From the IMG/VR virus record IMGVR_UViG_3300021373_003070: 64,000 nucleotides of DNA; one strand, written 5' to 3'. Below, in pieces: positions 48,433 to 56,998 of this stretch. The stretch comes from a virus. Positions within the stretch are counted from its first letter, which is position 1, and each line of letters begins with the position of its first letter. The notes under the pieces are model-generated. The model did no database searches. It was not told where the DNA came from and saw only the letters and a program-made list of their open reading frames with translations. The translations under genes were made by a program, and so were the position numbers.

Positions 48433-48508
48433 GCCGCTATAGCACAATTGATAGTGCATTCGCCTTGTAAGCGAAAGGTTCTTGGTTTGAGTCCAAGTAG
48501 CGGCACCA
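48433..48508 (+). tRNA. tRNA-Thr(TGT)
   Basis: Full cloverleaf, anticodon loop CTTGTAA, encoded CCA; A19/T56 variant. Confidence 0.9.
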
Positions 48509-48515
48509 TTTTAAT

Positions 48516-48542
48516 TCCCTGTTAGCTCATGTTAAAGAGCAA
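48516..48542 (+). pseudogene. tRNA 5' fragment (acceptor strand plus D-arm)
   Basis: TCCCTGT-TA-GCTC-ATGTTAAA-GAGC-A resembles the 5' end of the downstream tRNA-Asn. Confidence 0.55.
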
Positions 48543-48566
48543 CTTTGTATAAATAAAAATACGGAG

Positions 48567-48905
48567 GTGCTTATGAAAACATGTAAACATTGTGGTATAG
48601 ATCTATCTACTGTCAAACATGAAGGTAGACAGTGTAAAACTTGTCGTAATGGATTGGCAAGATATGGTTTAAATCGCAAACAACAACAGGAGTTGTTAGA
48701 ATCACAGAATCATAAATGTGGTATTTGTGAACAAGAAGTAGAATTATTCGTGAATAATAATCAGGCAGGAGTAATTGATCATTGTCACGAAACAGGAAAC
48801 GTTAGAGGGATATTATGTGGACCATGCAATACAGTTTTAGGACGAATAGATATTGTTGGCCAACAAAAATTCTTATCTAACGTCGAAAAATATATTCCCG
48901 AGTAG
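48567..48905 (+). mobile_element. Endonuclease VII-type HNH protein, probable free-standing homing endonuclease
   Basis: CGIC...IDHCHETG.VRGILCGPCN; N-terminal CxxC pairs; late promoter at 48548-48555; stop codon lies inside tRNA-Asn. Confidence 0.75.
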
Positions 48906-48972
48906 CTCAGTTGGTAGTAGCAATTGACTGTTAATCAATGGGTCGTAGGTTCGAGTCCTACCTCGGGAGCCA
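48896..48972 (+). tRNA. tRNA-Asn(GTT)
   Basis: TCCCGAG/CTCGGGA acceptor, anticodon loop CTGTTAA, TTCGAGT T-loop, CCA. Confidence 0.92.
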
Positions 48973-49030
48973 TTTTTTTATATAAATGTGAAAAATTAAC
49001 AAAAATAATTGAAAATAATCGCACTTTTTT

Positions 49031-49097
49031 CTCAAAAAAGTCTAATGAAATCAATAAGTTACAAGTCTCAAAAAACTCTAATCAAATCAATAACTTA
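49031..49097 (+). repeat. Tandem 31-nt direct repeat, each copy ending in an IHF consensus site
   Basis: 49031-49061 and 49067-49097 are 28/31 identical; promoter TGTACT-N16-TATAAT follows at 49102-49129. Confidence 0.8.
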
Positions 49098-49156
49098 GAG
49101 ATGTACTTTCCTGACCATTGTAGTATAATGGTACCATCAAATAGAGGAAAGCAGAC

Positions 49157-49435
49157 ATGGCACGAATCATCTACCAAACAGAATGTGAAATCGCAGAGAT
49201 GAAGGACAGCGGTATCGACTTCAACCAAGCCCTTCGTATCATCAAGGGTTTCATGGGTACAGACGATACTCTTGACGCCCTTCAAGGTTTCGAGCGTCGT
49301 TATTCGAAAGCTGAGGTTGATGCTCTCGAGACTGACGACTACGATTTCGACCACGAATGGCGGTACGAGGTTTACTCTTACAACCTTCTGGTCGAAGGTT
49401 TTTCTAAATTGTTTGCTCCAAAGGAGGTAGCGTAA
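49157..49435 (+). CDS. Early hypothetical protein
   Basis: GAGG RBS after the early promoter. Confidence 0.7.
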   Translation: MARIIYQTECEIAEMKDSGIDFNQALRIIKGFMGTDDTLDALQGFERRYSKAEVDALETDDYDFDHEWRYEVYSYNLLVEGFSKLFAPKEVA

Positions 49436-49617
49436 TGCCAGTAACTGAATGGTGGATGAGAGGTGAGATGGGCGAGTATCTTCGCGATTGTGTTGAGCAT
49501 CGCATTTATAATGCGCCCAACCCTGAGTGGGGTGAGCTCGAGCAAGACGCTAAGCGTGCAGGCTTGTCTTACTCAGAGACGTTTGAATTTTTGCAGAATG
49601 TAAGAGAGGAAGGTTAA
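49435..49617 (+). CDS. Early hypothetical protein
   Basis: AGGAGG RBS; TAATG coupling. Confidence 0.65.
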   Translation: MPVTEWWMRGEMGEYLRDCVEHRIYNAPNPEWGELEQDAKRAGLSYSETFEFLQNVREEG

Positions 49618-49619
49618 TC

Positions 49620-49970
49620 ATGGAAGTTAAGTCAGGTCGTACCCCAGCATACGTTTGCACTTTAGATCCAATGTCAGTTGGTGATATGCAACACCTTGAT
49701 CACATGCGCGCAGCAATTGCTGCAGCAAATCGTACCGCAGAACGCGTGTACACGAAGTACGGTTCGAGCTACATTGCTAAGCAGCGTGTGACTGTCAAAG
49801 GTCGTAAGCCTATTCAAAAGCAACTCGTTAACGTTGGCGGTTATTACGGTAAACCAAAACTCGCTTGGAGAGGTCACAATTCTTTCGGCGACATCGTAGG
49901 TGGTCTTGCCAATGCTGGTGAGTATGACATCTACATTCATCAAGATCGACGAAATTGGGAGTATGCATAA
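49620..49970 (+). CDS. Early hypothetical protein
   Basis: Contiguous in the operon. Confidence 0.65.
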   Translation: MEVKSGRTPAYVCTLDPMSVGDMQHLDHMRAAIAAANRTAERVYTKYGSSYIAKQRVTVKGRKPIQKQLVNVGGYYGKPKLAWRGHNSFGDIVGGLANAGEYDIYIHQDRRNWEYA

Positions 49971-50095
49971 TGAATGAACAAAGAAACTGGTTGATACATC
50001 AACTATCAATGGAAGACATAAAAGTCTACCGACTTATGGCTCTTGAAACAGAAGAGCTTATTCGTCTCGCTAAGTCATATGGTATTGAGTTATGA
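49970..50095 (+). CDS. Small hypothetical protein (41 aa)
   Basis: TAATG and ATGA coupling. Confidence 0.5.
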   Translation: MNEQRNWLIHQLSMEDIKVYRLMALETEELIRLAKSYGIEL

Positions 50096-50634
50096 CACAT
50101 CCATTTAGAAAGATGCAGGAACGCCTGCGTCAAGAAGGCTGGTATGTTGGTTGGAACGAACCATGCTGTCAGTCATGTGCATGGTCTTGTCTACCTGACT
50201 ATCTTGACGAAGAGAAAGAGATCGACGTCGACTTTTCCAAGGTACTCTTCAATCACTCACAAGATTGTGAAGTCGATATGTACATGGATGAAATGGAATG
50301 TGAGATGTGTGATGGTGAAGGCTACTATTACGAAGAAGATCTCAACGAAGATCAAGGCGAAGATGATGACGATGAATGTCCTAAATGTGGCGGAAGCGGA
50401 TACAATCAAGCCTTACTCGAAACGATGTATGACGATGACGAATTCGATCGTTCGGTTGACGGCTTTCTATGTCTTACACCTGAAGCATCGAATGGATCAA
50501 ATTTCTGTTTCGATGGCAGCAAAGAAGGTGTCGAGAACTTCAAAGCCGTTATGCCAATCATTGAGGAGTGTGGCATCAAAATACATTGGAACGGTTCCGG
50601 CGATTCAAGGATTGAACTGACATGGAGAGATTGA
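50092..50634 (+). CDS. Cys-rich protein with DnaJ-type CxxCxGxG Zn-finger repeats
   Basis: CCQSC, CEMCDGEG, CPKCGGSG. Confidence 0.65.
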   Translation: MTHPFRKMQERLRQEGWYVGWNEPCCQSCAWSCLPDYLDEEKEIDVDFSKVLFNHSQDCEVDMYMDEMECEMCDGEGYYYEEDLNEDQGEDDDDECPKCGGSGYNQALLETMYDDDEFDRSVDGFLCLTPEASNGSNFCFDGSKEGVENFKAVMPIIEECGIKIHWNGSGDSRIELTWRD

Positions 50635-50650
50635 TAGATATTAGTATAGC

Positions 50651-51028
50651 TTGTACTATTATAGACATTACTCTCTTAATAGCATTTCAATTATTAGTCA
50701 ACCGAAGTATGATATGATGTCAGAAAAAACATACAAATACAGACAGGTATCGTTAACATTGATTGAGGGAGCTGCGTTAGTATCACGTAAGTTTCCTAAG
50801 TCATATGTTTATCTGCCCGAAGATCAACGTCTTAGCGATTTGATGAATGATGAACGACAGTTCCTCCCAGTGTATAAAGAAAATCAATATCACATGGGCG
50901 ACTATGATATGATGATTGTAAACAAAGCAGTCATCGCAGTGATTGAAGAGGAAGGTAATGGCGCGAAGAAAAAAATCAGTAGAGAAGGAATTAAAACCAA
51001 TAGCGGGATTCGTTTCGACACCGACTAA
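50651..51028 (+). CDS. Hypothetical protein (true start probably downstream)
   Basis: RLSDLMND.RQFLPV...IVNK motif. Confidence 0.55.
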   Translation: MYYYRHYSLNSISIISQPKYDMMSEKTYKYRQVSLTLIEGAALVSRKFPKSYVYLPEDQRLSDLMNDERQFLPVYKENQYHMGDYDMMIVNKAVIAVIEEEGNGAKKKISREGIKTNSGIRFDTD

Positions 51029-51278
51029 TAAGATACCCGGCTATAAAACAAGCTTTCGAAAAGGTGGTATCACATTTAATGTTGGTGATACAATCTTGGC
51101 TGGTGTAGGTGATGAGGCGATAGAAGGTCAGCTGACTTCTGTTCTCGCCTCGCAGTTCGTTGTAACAGGTGATCAAGCACCATATGGTAAGTTCTTCTTT
51201 TATAATGGTACGAAGCTAGTGATGATTAAATCTACAAAACCACAGAAGCCTAAGCGCAAGCGACGTACGAAGAAATGA
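50958..51278 (+). CDS. Basic hypothetical protein
   Basis: GAGG RBS; Lys/Arg-rich ends. Confidence 0.6.
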   Translation: MARRKKSVEKELKPIAGFVSTPTNKIPGYKTSFRKGGITFNVGDTILAGVGDEAIEGQLTSVLASQFVVTGDQAPYGKFFFYNGTKLVMIKSTKPQKPKRKRRTKK

Positions 51279-51826
51279 TTGAAACTCCAGTTTTTCCAAC
51301 GATGTTTTATGAGATGAATATTGATCCGAATCTTGCGATCGATATCATTGCATACATTAAAGAACAAGAACCAAGAATAAGATCGATATCAGAGGCATCA
51401 CAGCCTCATCCTATTACTGACTATGCAACAGATTTTGCTCATCCCATACACATACCATTATTTCATGAGCATGTCATTCCAGCTGTAGAGGCATCAGCTA
51501 GCTCAATTGGATACAAATTTCAGTTAGAAAATTATTGGGTGTCATGCTATACTGGACCAGCTGGTTCACATCCTATGCATAATCACCAAGAGAAATACAA
51601 TGGTAGAATCATGATGTCAGCCATTCTATATTTGTCTGATATTGGTTTTACTGATTTCTTTAACATGAGCTATTCAGCTGACCAATATATGTATAGCGTA
51701 CCATCGAAGATGGGTAAGATTGTATTCTTTCCTTCTATCGTACCTCATCAATACAGAGCAGAACAATACGACGGTAATAGCCGTTACACATTACCATTCA
51801 ACGGAAGCTTTATACGTGCAGACTAG
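51275..51826 (+). CDS. Putative 2OG-Fe(II) oxygenase (TIGR02466-like)
   Basis: VFPT, H..HNH, SAILYL, G.IVFFPS...H, R....FN. Confidence 0.78.
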   Translation: MIETPVFPTMFYEMNIDPNLAIDIIAYIKEQEPRIRSISEASQPHPITDYATDFAHPIHIPLFHEHVIPAVEASASSIGYKFQLENYWVSCYTGPAGSHPMHNHQEKYNGRIMMSAILYLSDIGFTDFFNMSYSADQYMYSVPSKMGKIVFFPSIVPHQYRAEQYDGNSRYTLPFNGSFIRAD

Positions 51827-52514
51827 AATTATATACGTAGAACAATCTGAAAAAAGTGTAAAAGCAGCAACAGCATTAAAAGAAAAGATGTTGGATTATT
51901 TTAAGAATGTAGAATTGTCTGCTGGTGTATGGAAAGATGACGTCGATATTTCTAAACACAAGTTGCTACCGTATTTTGGTGGACAACACGGCAGTGAAGG
52001 TCGACTAGATATAGCTGCTGAAGTGGCAACCTTTCTTTCTCATAAACAATGCTGGGAAGAGTGTGCCAAAGGTTTTGAGAATATGCTCATTCTCGAGGAT
52101 GATGCTGCATTCTTAAACGATCCGGATATGACAGCTATTGAGATGTTTCACGGTCATGTTCTTAATCTTGGCATACCAAATTGGGGCACACCAAATGGTA
52201 GACAGAAAAAGTCAATCATAAAACGCAGAGAGTTAAAGCGCCGGCTCGACTGCAACTATGATCATAACGTTATGAATATTACAAATGATAAATGTGATTG
52301 TGACAACATTAATTTATTCGGTGCACATGCATATATTCTGTCGCCAGCAGGTGCAAAATTATTATTAGCTGATGTAAAAAATGGTATTAGACCAGCTGAT
52401 GTTTTCATTCGACAAGAGATAGTCACCATATATGATTTGTTTCCACTCATTGCAAATCAATCAACATATATTGGAGAATACTTTTCAAACATAGTGAAAG
52501 ATTATAATGTATGA
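51816..52514 (+). CDS. Glycosyltransferase family 25
   Basis: FLSH..CW, LILEDDA, GAHAYILSP.GA..LL, PAD. Confidence 0.8.
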   Translation: MQTRIIYVEQSEKSVKAATALKEKMLDYFKNVELSAGVWKDDVDISKHKLLPYFGGQHGSEGRLDIAAEVATFLSHKQCWEECAKGFENMLILEDDAAFLNDPDMTAIEMFHGHVLNLGIPNWGTPNGRQKKSIIKRRELKRRLDCNYDHNVMNITNDKCDCDNINLFGAHAYILSPAGAKLLLADVKNGIRPADVFIRQEIVTIYDLFPLIANQSTYIGEYFSNIVKDYNV

Positions 52515-53223
52515 TGACATAGAAGGTTACGCCACTTCTGCTTTTTTCGAATGTGTTGGTATGATCAATGACGCGATTAAGAGTGATGCAGGTATCGCCG
52601 AAATAGGCGCATATAAAGGTAAGAGCTTTTGCATGTTGAATCACTATTCGAATGGAAAAGAATCATACGCATTTGATATCTTCGAAGATCAACAATTTAA
52701 CTGGCCGAGATCGGGCACAATTGATTTGACAATGGATATGTTTACCGAAAACTTACGTAAGCATGATCGTTGGTCCGGAAAAAATGTACATATCATGAAG
52801 TGCGATACGCTATATTCGACGAAGCTTATCACTGAAGATTTTGTAAAGAAGAAAGTAAAAATGTTCAGTGTAGATGGTTCTCATACGAAACATCATGCAC
52901 TCAACGATCTGTATATTGCTGAAAAGTGTATTACAAAGGATGGCGTTGTCATTCTCGATGATTTCTTTTCATCGCAATATGCAGGACCTACGGAAGCGTT
53001 GTTTGCCTATGAAGGAAACCTCGTTCCGTTTTTTAATGTTGATGGTGCTTTATTTTTGTGTGATCAGAGTTATCACAATCAATACTATCAACATGTTTAT
53101 ACCCGTACTATCAATGCACATGGAGGACATACAGAGTTCTTCAACAATATCAGTAATATTAATATTGTTAATTTTTCAAAGTTGTTAAATTTTGATGTAC
53201 TGTGGTATAAATATATGCCGTGA
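52507..53223 (+). CDS. Class I SAM methyltransferase (Methyltransf_24-like)
   Basis: EIGAYKGKS, FDIF, SVDGSH, GVVILDD. Confidence 0.8.
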   Translation: MYDDIEGYATSAFFECVGMINDAIKSDAGIAEIGAYKGKSFCMLNHYSNGKESYAFDIFEDQQFNWPRSGTIDLTMDMFTENLRKHDRWSGKNVHIMKCDTLYSTKLITEDFVKKKVKMFSVDGSHTKHHALNDLYIAEKCITKDGVVILDDFFSSQYAGPTEALFAYEGNLVPFFNVDGALFLCDQSYHNQYYQHVYTRTINAHGGHTEFFNNISNINIVNFSKLLNFDVLWYKYMP

Positions 53224-53276
53224 TGCCTAATGGGTCACATAATTCTTGCTTAATAAAAAAGGAGAAAACCACTATG
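53206..53276 (+). promoter_or_regulatory. Late promoter (53206-53213) and ROSE-like thermometer leader of hsp20
   Basis: TTCTTGCTT pairs with AAGGAGAA (SD) with a bulged G. Confidence 0.55.
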
Positions 53277-53705
53277 GTTACGACTAAACATTTTACGTTC
53301 CCTACCTCTAGCTTTATCGGATTCGACCACCTCTGGGATGAGATCACCAAGCTGCAACAAGTTGGCGATAACACATACCCGAGACACAATGTAGTCAAGC
53401 ACAGTGAGACGGAGTACAGTATCGAACTGGCTTTAGCTGGCTACGGGAAGGACGAGATTGAAGTAGAGTTGAAGGAAGGGATACTCGTCATCAAAGGCGA
53501 ACCGTCCAAAGATGACGTAGAGTACCTGCATAAAGGAGTCTCTACTAAGAGATTCACACGAACGTTCCGTCTGTCCGAACACGTTGTAGTGGATGGAGCT
53601 GACTTCAAGAATGGACTACTAGTCATAGATTTGAGAGTAGAAATTCCAGAAGAAAAGCGTCCTCGCAAAATTCCCATTGGAAAACAATTGCTAACAGAGG
53701 ACTGA
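53274..53705 (+). CDS. Small heat shock protein (Hsp20/IbpA family)
   Basis: IGFD, YPRHNV, IELALAG, YLHKG, F.NGLL.I.L...PEEKRPR.I. Confidence 0.93.
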   Translation: MVTTKHFTFPTSSFIGFDHLWDEITKLQQVGDNTYPRHNVVKHSETEYSIELALAGYGKDEIEVELKEGILVIKGEPSKDDVEYLHKGVSTKRFTRTFRLSEHVVVDGADFKNGLLVIDLRVEIPEEKRPRKIPIGKQLLTED

Positions 53706-53706
53706 G

Positions 53707-53934
53707 ATGAAAAAACTGGCCATTACGGCTCTATGTTTTTTTTCTTCATTATCGCAAGCATCTGACATGGAAGAGATGGTTGTAGTAGCACGGCAAGTAC
53801 GAATTGTATTGCTGTCTATCAACGAGACTCACCGGTACGATGCGTTTACACGCTCTTGGATATACGATGCCGCTAAAGAAAAGGCAGCGATGGCTAAGAA
53901 GCTTGCAGATATTGAAGACAAAAAAGCCGCCTAA
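53707..53934 (+). CDS. Small secreted protein with an N-terminal TonB-box-like motif
   Basis: Signal peptide ending SQA, then SDMEEMVVVAR. Confidence 0.6.
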   Translation: MKKLAITALCFFSSLSQASDMEEMVVVARQVRIVLLSINETHRYDAFTRSWIYDAAKEKAAMAKKLADIEDKKAA

Positions 53935-53935
53935 C

Positions 53936-53959
53936 AAAAAGGGGCTTCGGCCCCTTTTC
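53936..53959. terminator. Bidirectional intrinsic terminator
   Basis: A5-GGGGC-TTCG-GCCCC-T4 between convergent genes. Confidence 0.85.
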
Positions 53960-54406
53960 TTAGACAACCTCTAAACGGCCCATTAACCTTTCAGCGCGAT
54001 TAGTTACTTGACGATACCACAATGAATCACGACCTTCCACAGCAGCAGAACTCCACTCACCACATTCGAGGTGGGCATTCATCTTCTTAAATTTTGATAA
54101 GCGAGTACGACCCATATTGAACATCATATTGACAAGAATTTCTTGTACTTCACCGGGATATCCTTCCCAAATATCAGGTCCATATAATGCAACACATTCA
54201 CTTATAGCCAAATCGAGATCCGCTTCGAAGAGTTCGAAGACTCTTTCTTCCGATACTTTTGTTCCCACATCGGCTCCGTGTTCTGGCTCTCCTTCTTTAA
54301 TGAGGTGGCCGACTCCAAGGGTTGGATAGCCGAGGTGATCAAGGTAGATTTCATACTCGACGCCTTCATCGATCTTGAGTTGTTGATATACATTGTTTCT
54401 GTCCAT
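53960..54406 (-). CDS. T4-type lysozyme (GH24) endolysin
   Basis: LKIDEG...YLDHLGYPTLGVGHL, NMMFNMG..RL..F, S.WYRQV.NRA.RL; start MDRNN with AGGA RBS. Confidence 0.92.
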   Translation of the reverse strand: MDRNNVYQQLKIDEGVEYEIYLDHLGYPTLGVGHLIKEGEPEHGADVGTKVSEERVFELFEADLDLAISECVALYGPDIWEGYPGEVQEILVNMMFNMGRTRLSKFKKMNAHLECGEWSSAAVEGRDSLWYRQVTNRAERLMGRLEVV

Positions 54407-54410
54407 TATG

Positions 54411-54439
54411 TTTACTTTCCTATGTTTTTTTGGTAGAAT
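54411..54439 (+). promoter_or_regulatory. Early promoter (G)TTTACT-N17-TAGAAT for gp43
   Basis: Motif match; ATG lies 7 nt after the -10. Confidence 0.65.
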
Positions 54440-54445
54440 AGCCTT

Positions 54446-56998
54446 ATGACTAAATTTTATACTAATATCGATCAGCACGGTTCGCAGATACTCGTACGTG
54501 GCTATAATGAAGATGGCACACCTTTTCAACATAAAGAGAGATACGAACCTTATTTGTTTATGCGATCTCAGGTTGAGACCGGTTACACAGATATTTATGG
54601 TAATCATGTCAAACGCATGGACTTTCCTAACATCGGCGAAGCCAAGCAGTTTCGCAAGAAATACGAAGACGTTGAAGGTGTAGACATCTACGGTCTTGAA
54701 CGATATAAGTGTGTCTATATTTATGACAACTTTCGAAATCAAGTACCTGATACATCACGTATCAACATTGTCAACATAGATATCGAGGTTGCATCCGATG
54801 ATGGTTTTCCAGAACCTGAAGATGCCGACAAAGAAGTAACAGCCATTGGCTTACGAGATCGTACTAAAACAGTTGTGCTTGGTTGTGGTGAATTTAAACA
54901 TGACGATCCTAATACCTACTACGTAAAGTGTAAGAACGAGATTGAGCTACTCGATAAGTTCTTGAACATATGGCAGCATATGAATCCTGACGTAGTCACA
55001 GGTTGGAACACAGAATTCTTTGATATTCCATATCTTGTCCATCGCATTGCAAAGTGTGGTGCACTTGGCGAAGAAGCACTTAAAAGATTTTCTCCATGGA
55101 ATCTGCCACTACGTAAAGGTAGTGTGTTTCGGCCTGGCAGCGACAAAGCTTCAACGACATATCGCATCATCGGTGTAGCAAGTCTTGATTATCTGTCAAT
55201 CTACAAAAAGTTTAGATTGCAACCGCGTGAATCATACAAGCTCGATTTCATTGCCGAGACAGAACTTGGTACCAAAAAGATTGACTATAGCGAGTATGGC
55301 AATCTACACGAGTTGTACAAAAACAACTATCAAAAGTTTATCGAATACAACATTCGAGATATTGATCTGATCTTTGATCTCGAAGAAAAGCTAGGTTTCA
55401 TCGAACAAGTATTTACTGTCGCATATGATGCTGGCGTCAACTATGAAGACACGCTCGGTTCGGTAGGCATATGGGATGTGATTATTCACAACTATCTCAT
55501 GGACCAAAACATTGCGGTGTCAGACAAAGTCAACGCCATATCAGATAGACAGATCGAAGGTGGTTACGTCAAAGAACCAATCGTTGGCATGCACAAGTGG
55601 GTGATGTCATTTGACCTCAACTCGCTGTATCCTCACTTAATTCAACAATACAACATATCACCTGATACAGGTCTCAATAAGTTTGACGACCTCTTTCATA
55701 TTACTTCGCGTGCATCAGTCGACAATATCTTATCAGAAGAAATTGACTTTAGCGAATTAAAATCTTACAACGTAACCATGACACCGAATGGCAAGATCTA
55801 TCGACGTGATCGTCAAGGCTTCTTACCTGCATTGATGAAGAAGATGTATGATGATCGTGTATTGTACAAGAAGAAGATGTTGGAATGCAAACAAGAAGCA
55901 ATCAAGAATCCAAGCCGACAACTTGAGATTGACATCTCTCGCTATCACAACTTACAACACGCCAAAAAGATTCAGCTAAACTCAGCTTATGGTGCACTTG
56001 CCAACAAATACTTCAGATGGTTCGATAACGAGAATGCCGAGGCTATCACCATGGCTGGTCAGTTGTCTATTCGTTGGATCGAAAAGAAGATCAACATATG
56101 GTTGAATGACATACTCAAAACCAAAGGTCGTGACTACGTCATAGCGATCGATACCGATTCAGTATATGTGTCATTCGATAAGATGATCGAACTTACCAAT
56201 CCAAAGAATCCTGTTGAATTTCTTGACAAGGTGGCACAGCAACAAGTCGAACCATTCATCGATAAGTCTTATCGTGAGCTAGCCGATTATCTCAATGCAT
56301 ATGATCAGAAGATGATTATGAAACGAGAAAACATCGCTGATAAGGCAATCTGGACTGCCAAGAAGCGATACATCATGAACGTATGGGACTCTGAAGGTGT
56401 ACGATACGAAAAGCCAGATCTCAAGATGATGGGTATCGAGGCCATTCGATCAAGTACACCAGCGGTATGTCGTGATTACATTAAGAATACGTTGCAGCTT
56501 ATCATGTCAACCAGTGAAGCTGATGTGCAAAAATATATTGCTCACATTCGCGAAGAGTTCCGCACATTACCATTCGAAAAAGTTGCATTCCCTCGATCAT
56601 GTAACTTCGTAAAGTGGCAAACAAACTCACATACAGGTCAGCGATATCCATCTACATATGCTGATGATAAGACAATCTACAAGAAAGCAACACCTATTCA
56701 AGTCAAAGGTGCTCTACTATACAACTGGTACTTACATAAATATAACTTGACAAAGAAGTATGAACTCATAAAATCAGGCGAGAAAATTAAGTTTTGTTAT
56801 CTACGAAAACCAAACTCATTTCGAGATTCGGTTGTTTCGTGTCCTGATATTTTGCCATCGGAGTTTGGCTTGGAACAGTATATCGATTACGATACACAAT
56901 TCGTAAAAGGTTATCTCGATCCAATTGAAATCATACTACATGCAATCGGTTGGAAGTCTGAAAAGATTTCTACATTGGAGGACTTTTTCAGTGACTAA
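54446..56998 (+). CDS. gp43: Family B DNA polymerase
   Basis: DIEV (exo I), SFDLNSLYP, KIQLNSAYG, IDTDS, KKRY; uninterrupted. Confidence 0.98.
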   Translation: MTKFYTNIDQHGSQILVRGYNEDGTPFQHKERYEPYLFMRSQVETGYTDIYGNHVKRMDFPNIGEAKQFRKKYEDVEGVDIYGLERYKCVYIYDNFRNQVPDTSRINIVNIDIEVASDDGFPEPEDADKEVTAIGLRDRTKTVVLGCGEFKHDDPNTYYVKCKNEIELLDKFLNIWQHMNPDVVTGWNTEFFDIPYLVHRIAKCGALGEEALKRFSPWNLPLRKGSVFRPGSDKASTTYRIIGVASLDYLSIYKKFRLQPRESYKLDFIAETELGTKKIDYSEYGNLHELYKNNYQKFIEYNIRDIDLIFDLEEKLGFIEQVFTVAYDAGVNYEDTLGSVGIWDVIIHNYLMDQNIAVSDKVNAISDRQIEGGYVKEPIVGMHKWVMSFDLNSLYPHLIQQYNISPDTGLNKFDDLFHITSRASVDNILSEEIDFSELKSYNVTMTPNGKIYRRDRQGFLPALMKKMYDDRVLYKKKMLECKQEAIKNPSRQLEIDISRYHNLQHAKKIQLNSAYGALANKYFRWFDNENAEAITMAGQLSIRWIEKKINIWLNDILKTKGRDYVIAIDTDSVYVSFDKMIELTNPKNPVEFLDKVAQQQVEPFIDKSYRELADYLNAYDQKMIMKRENIADKAIWTAKKRYIMNVWDSEGVRYEKPDLKMMGIEAIRSSTPAVCRDYIKNTLQLIMSTSEADVQKYIAHIREEFRTLPFEKVAFPRSCNFVKWQTNSHTGQRYPSTYADDKTIYKKATPIQVKGALLYNWYLHKYNLTKKYELIKSGEKIKFCYLRKPNSFRDSVVSCPDILPSEFGLEQYIDYDTQFVKGYLDPIEIILHAIGWKSEKISTLEDFFSD

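Noticed and set aside
48567-48905. Calling the HNH gene the packaging resolvase gp49
   Set aside because: Lacks the gp49 C-terminal dimerisation region and sits in a tRNA cluster; a homing endonuclease is more likely
49031-49097. Possible mini-CRISPR array
   Set aside because: Only two copies, a 5-nt spacer and no cas genes; better explained as duplicated IHF/promoter elements
48924-49202. 92-aa ORF
   Set aside because: Starts inside tRNA-Asn and runs through promoter repeats; spurious
40593-51826. 2OG oxygenases as TET/JBP enzymes acting with the C5-MTase
   Set aside because: Their motifs fit prolyl-hydroxylase and TIGR02466 types, and they are not linked to the MTase
53960-54742. 260-aa N-terminally extended lysozyme
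   Set aside because: The extension is antisense to gp43; RBS and homology place the start at 54406
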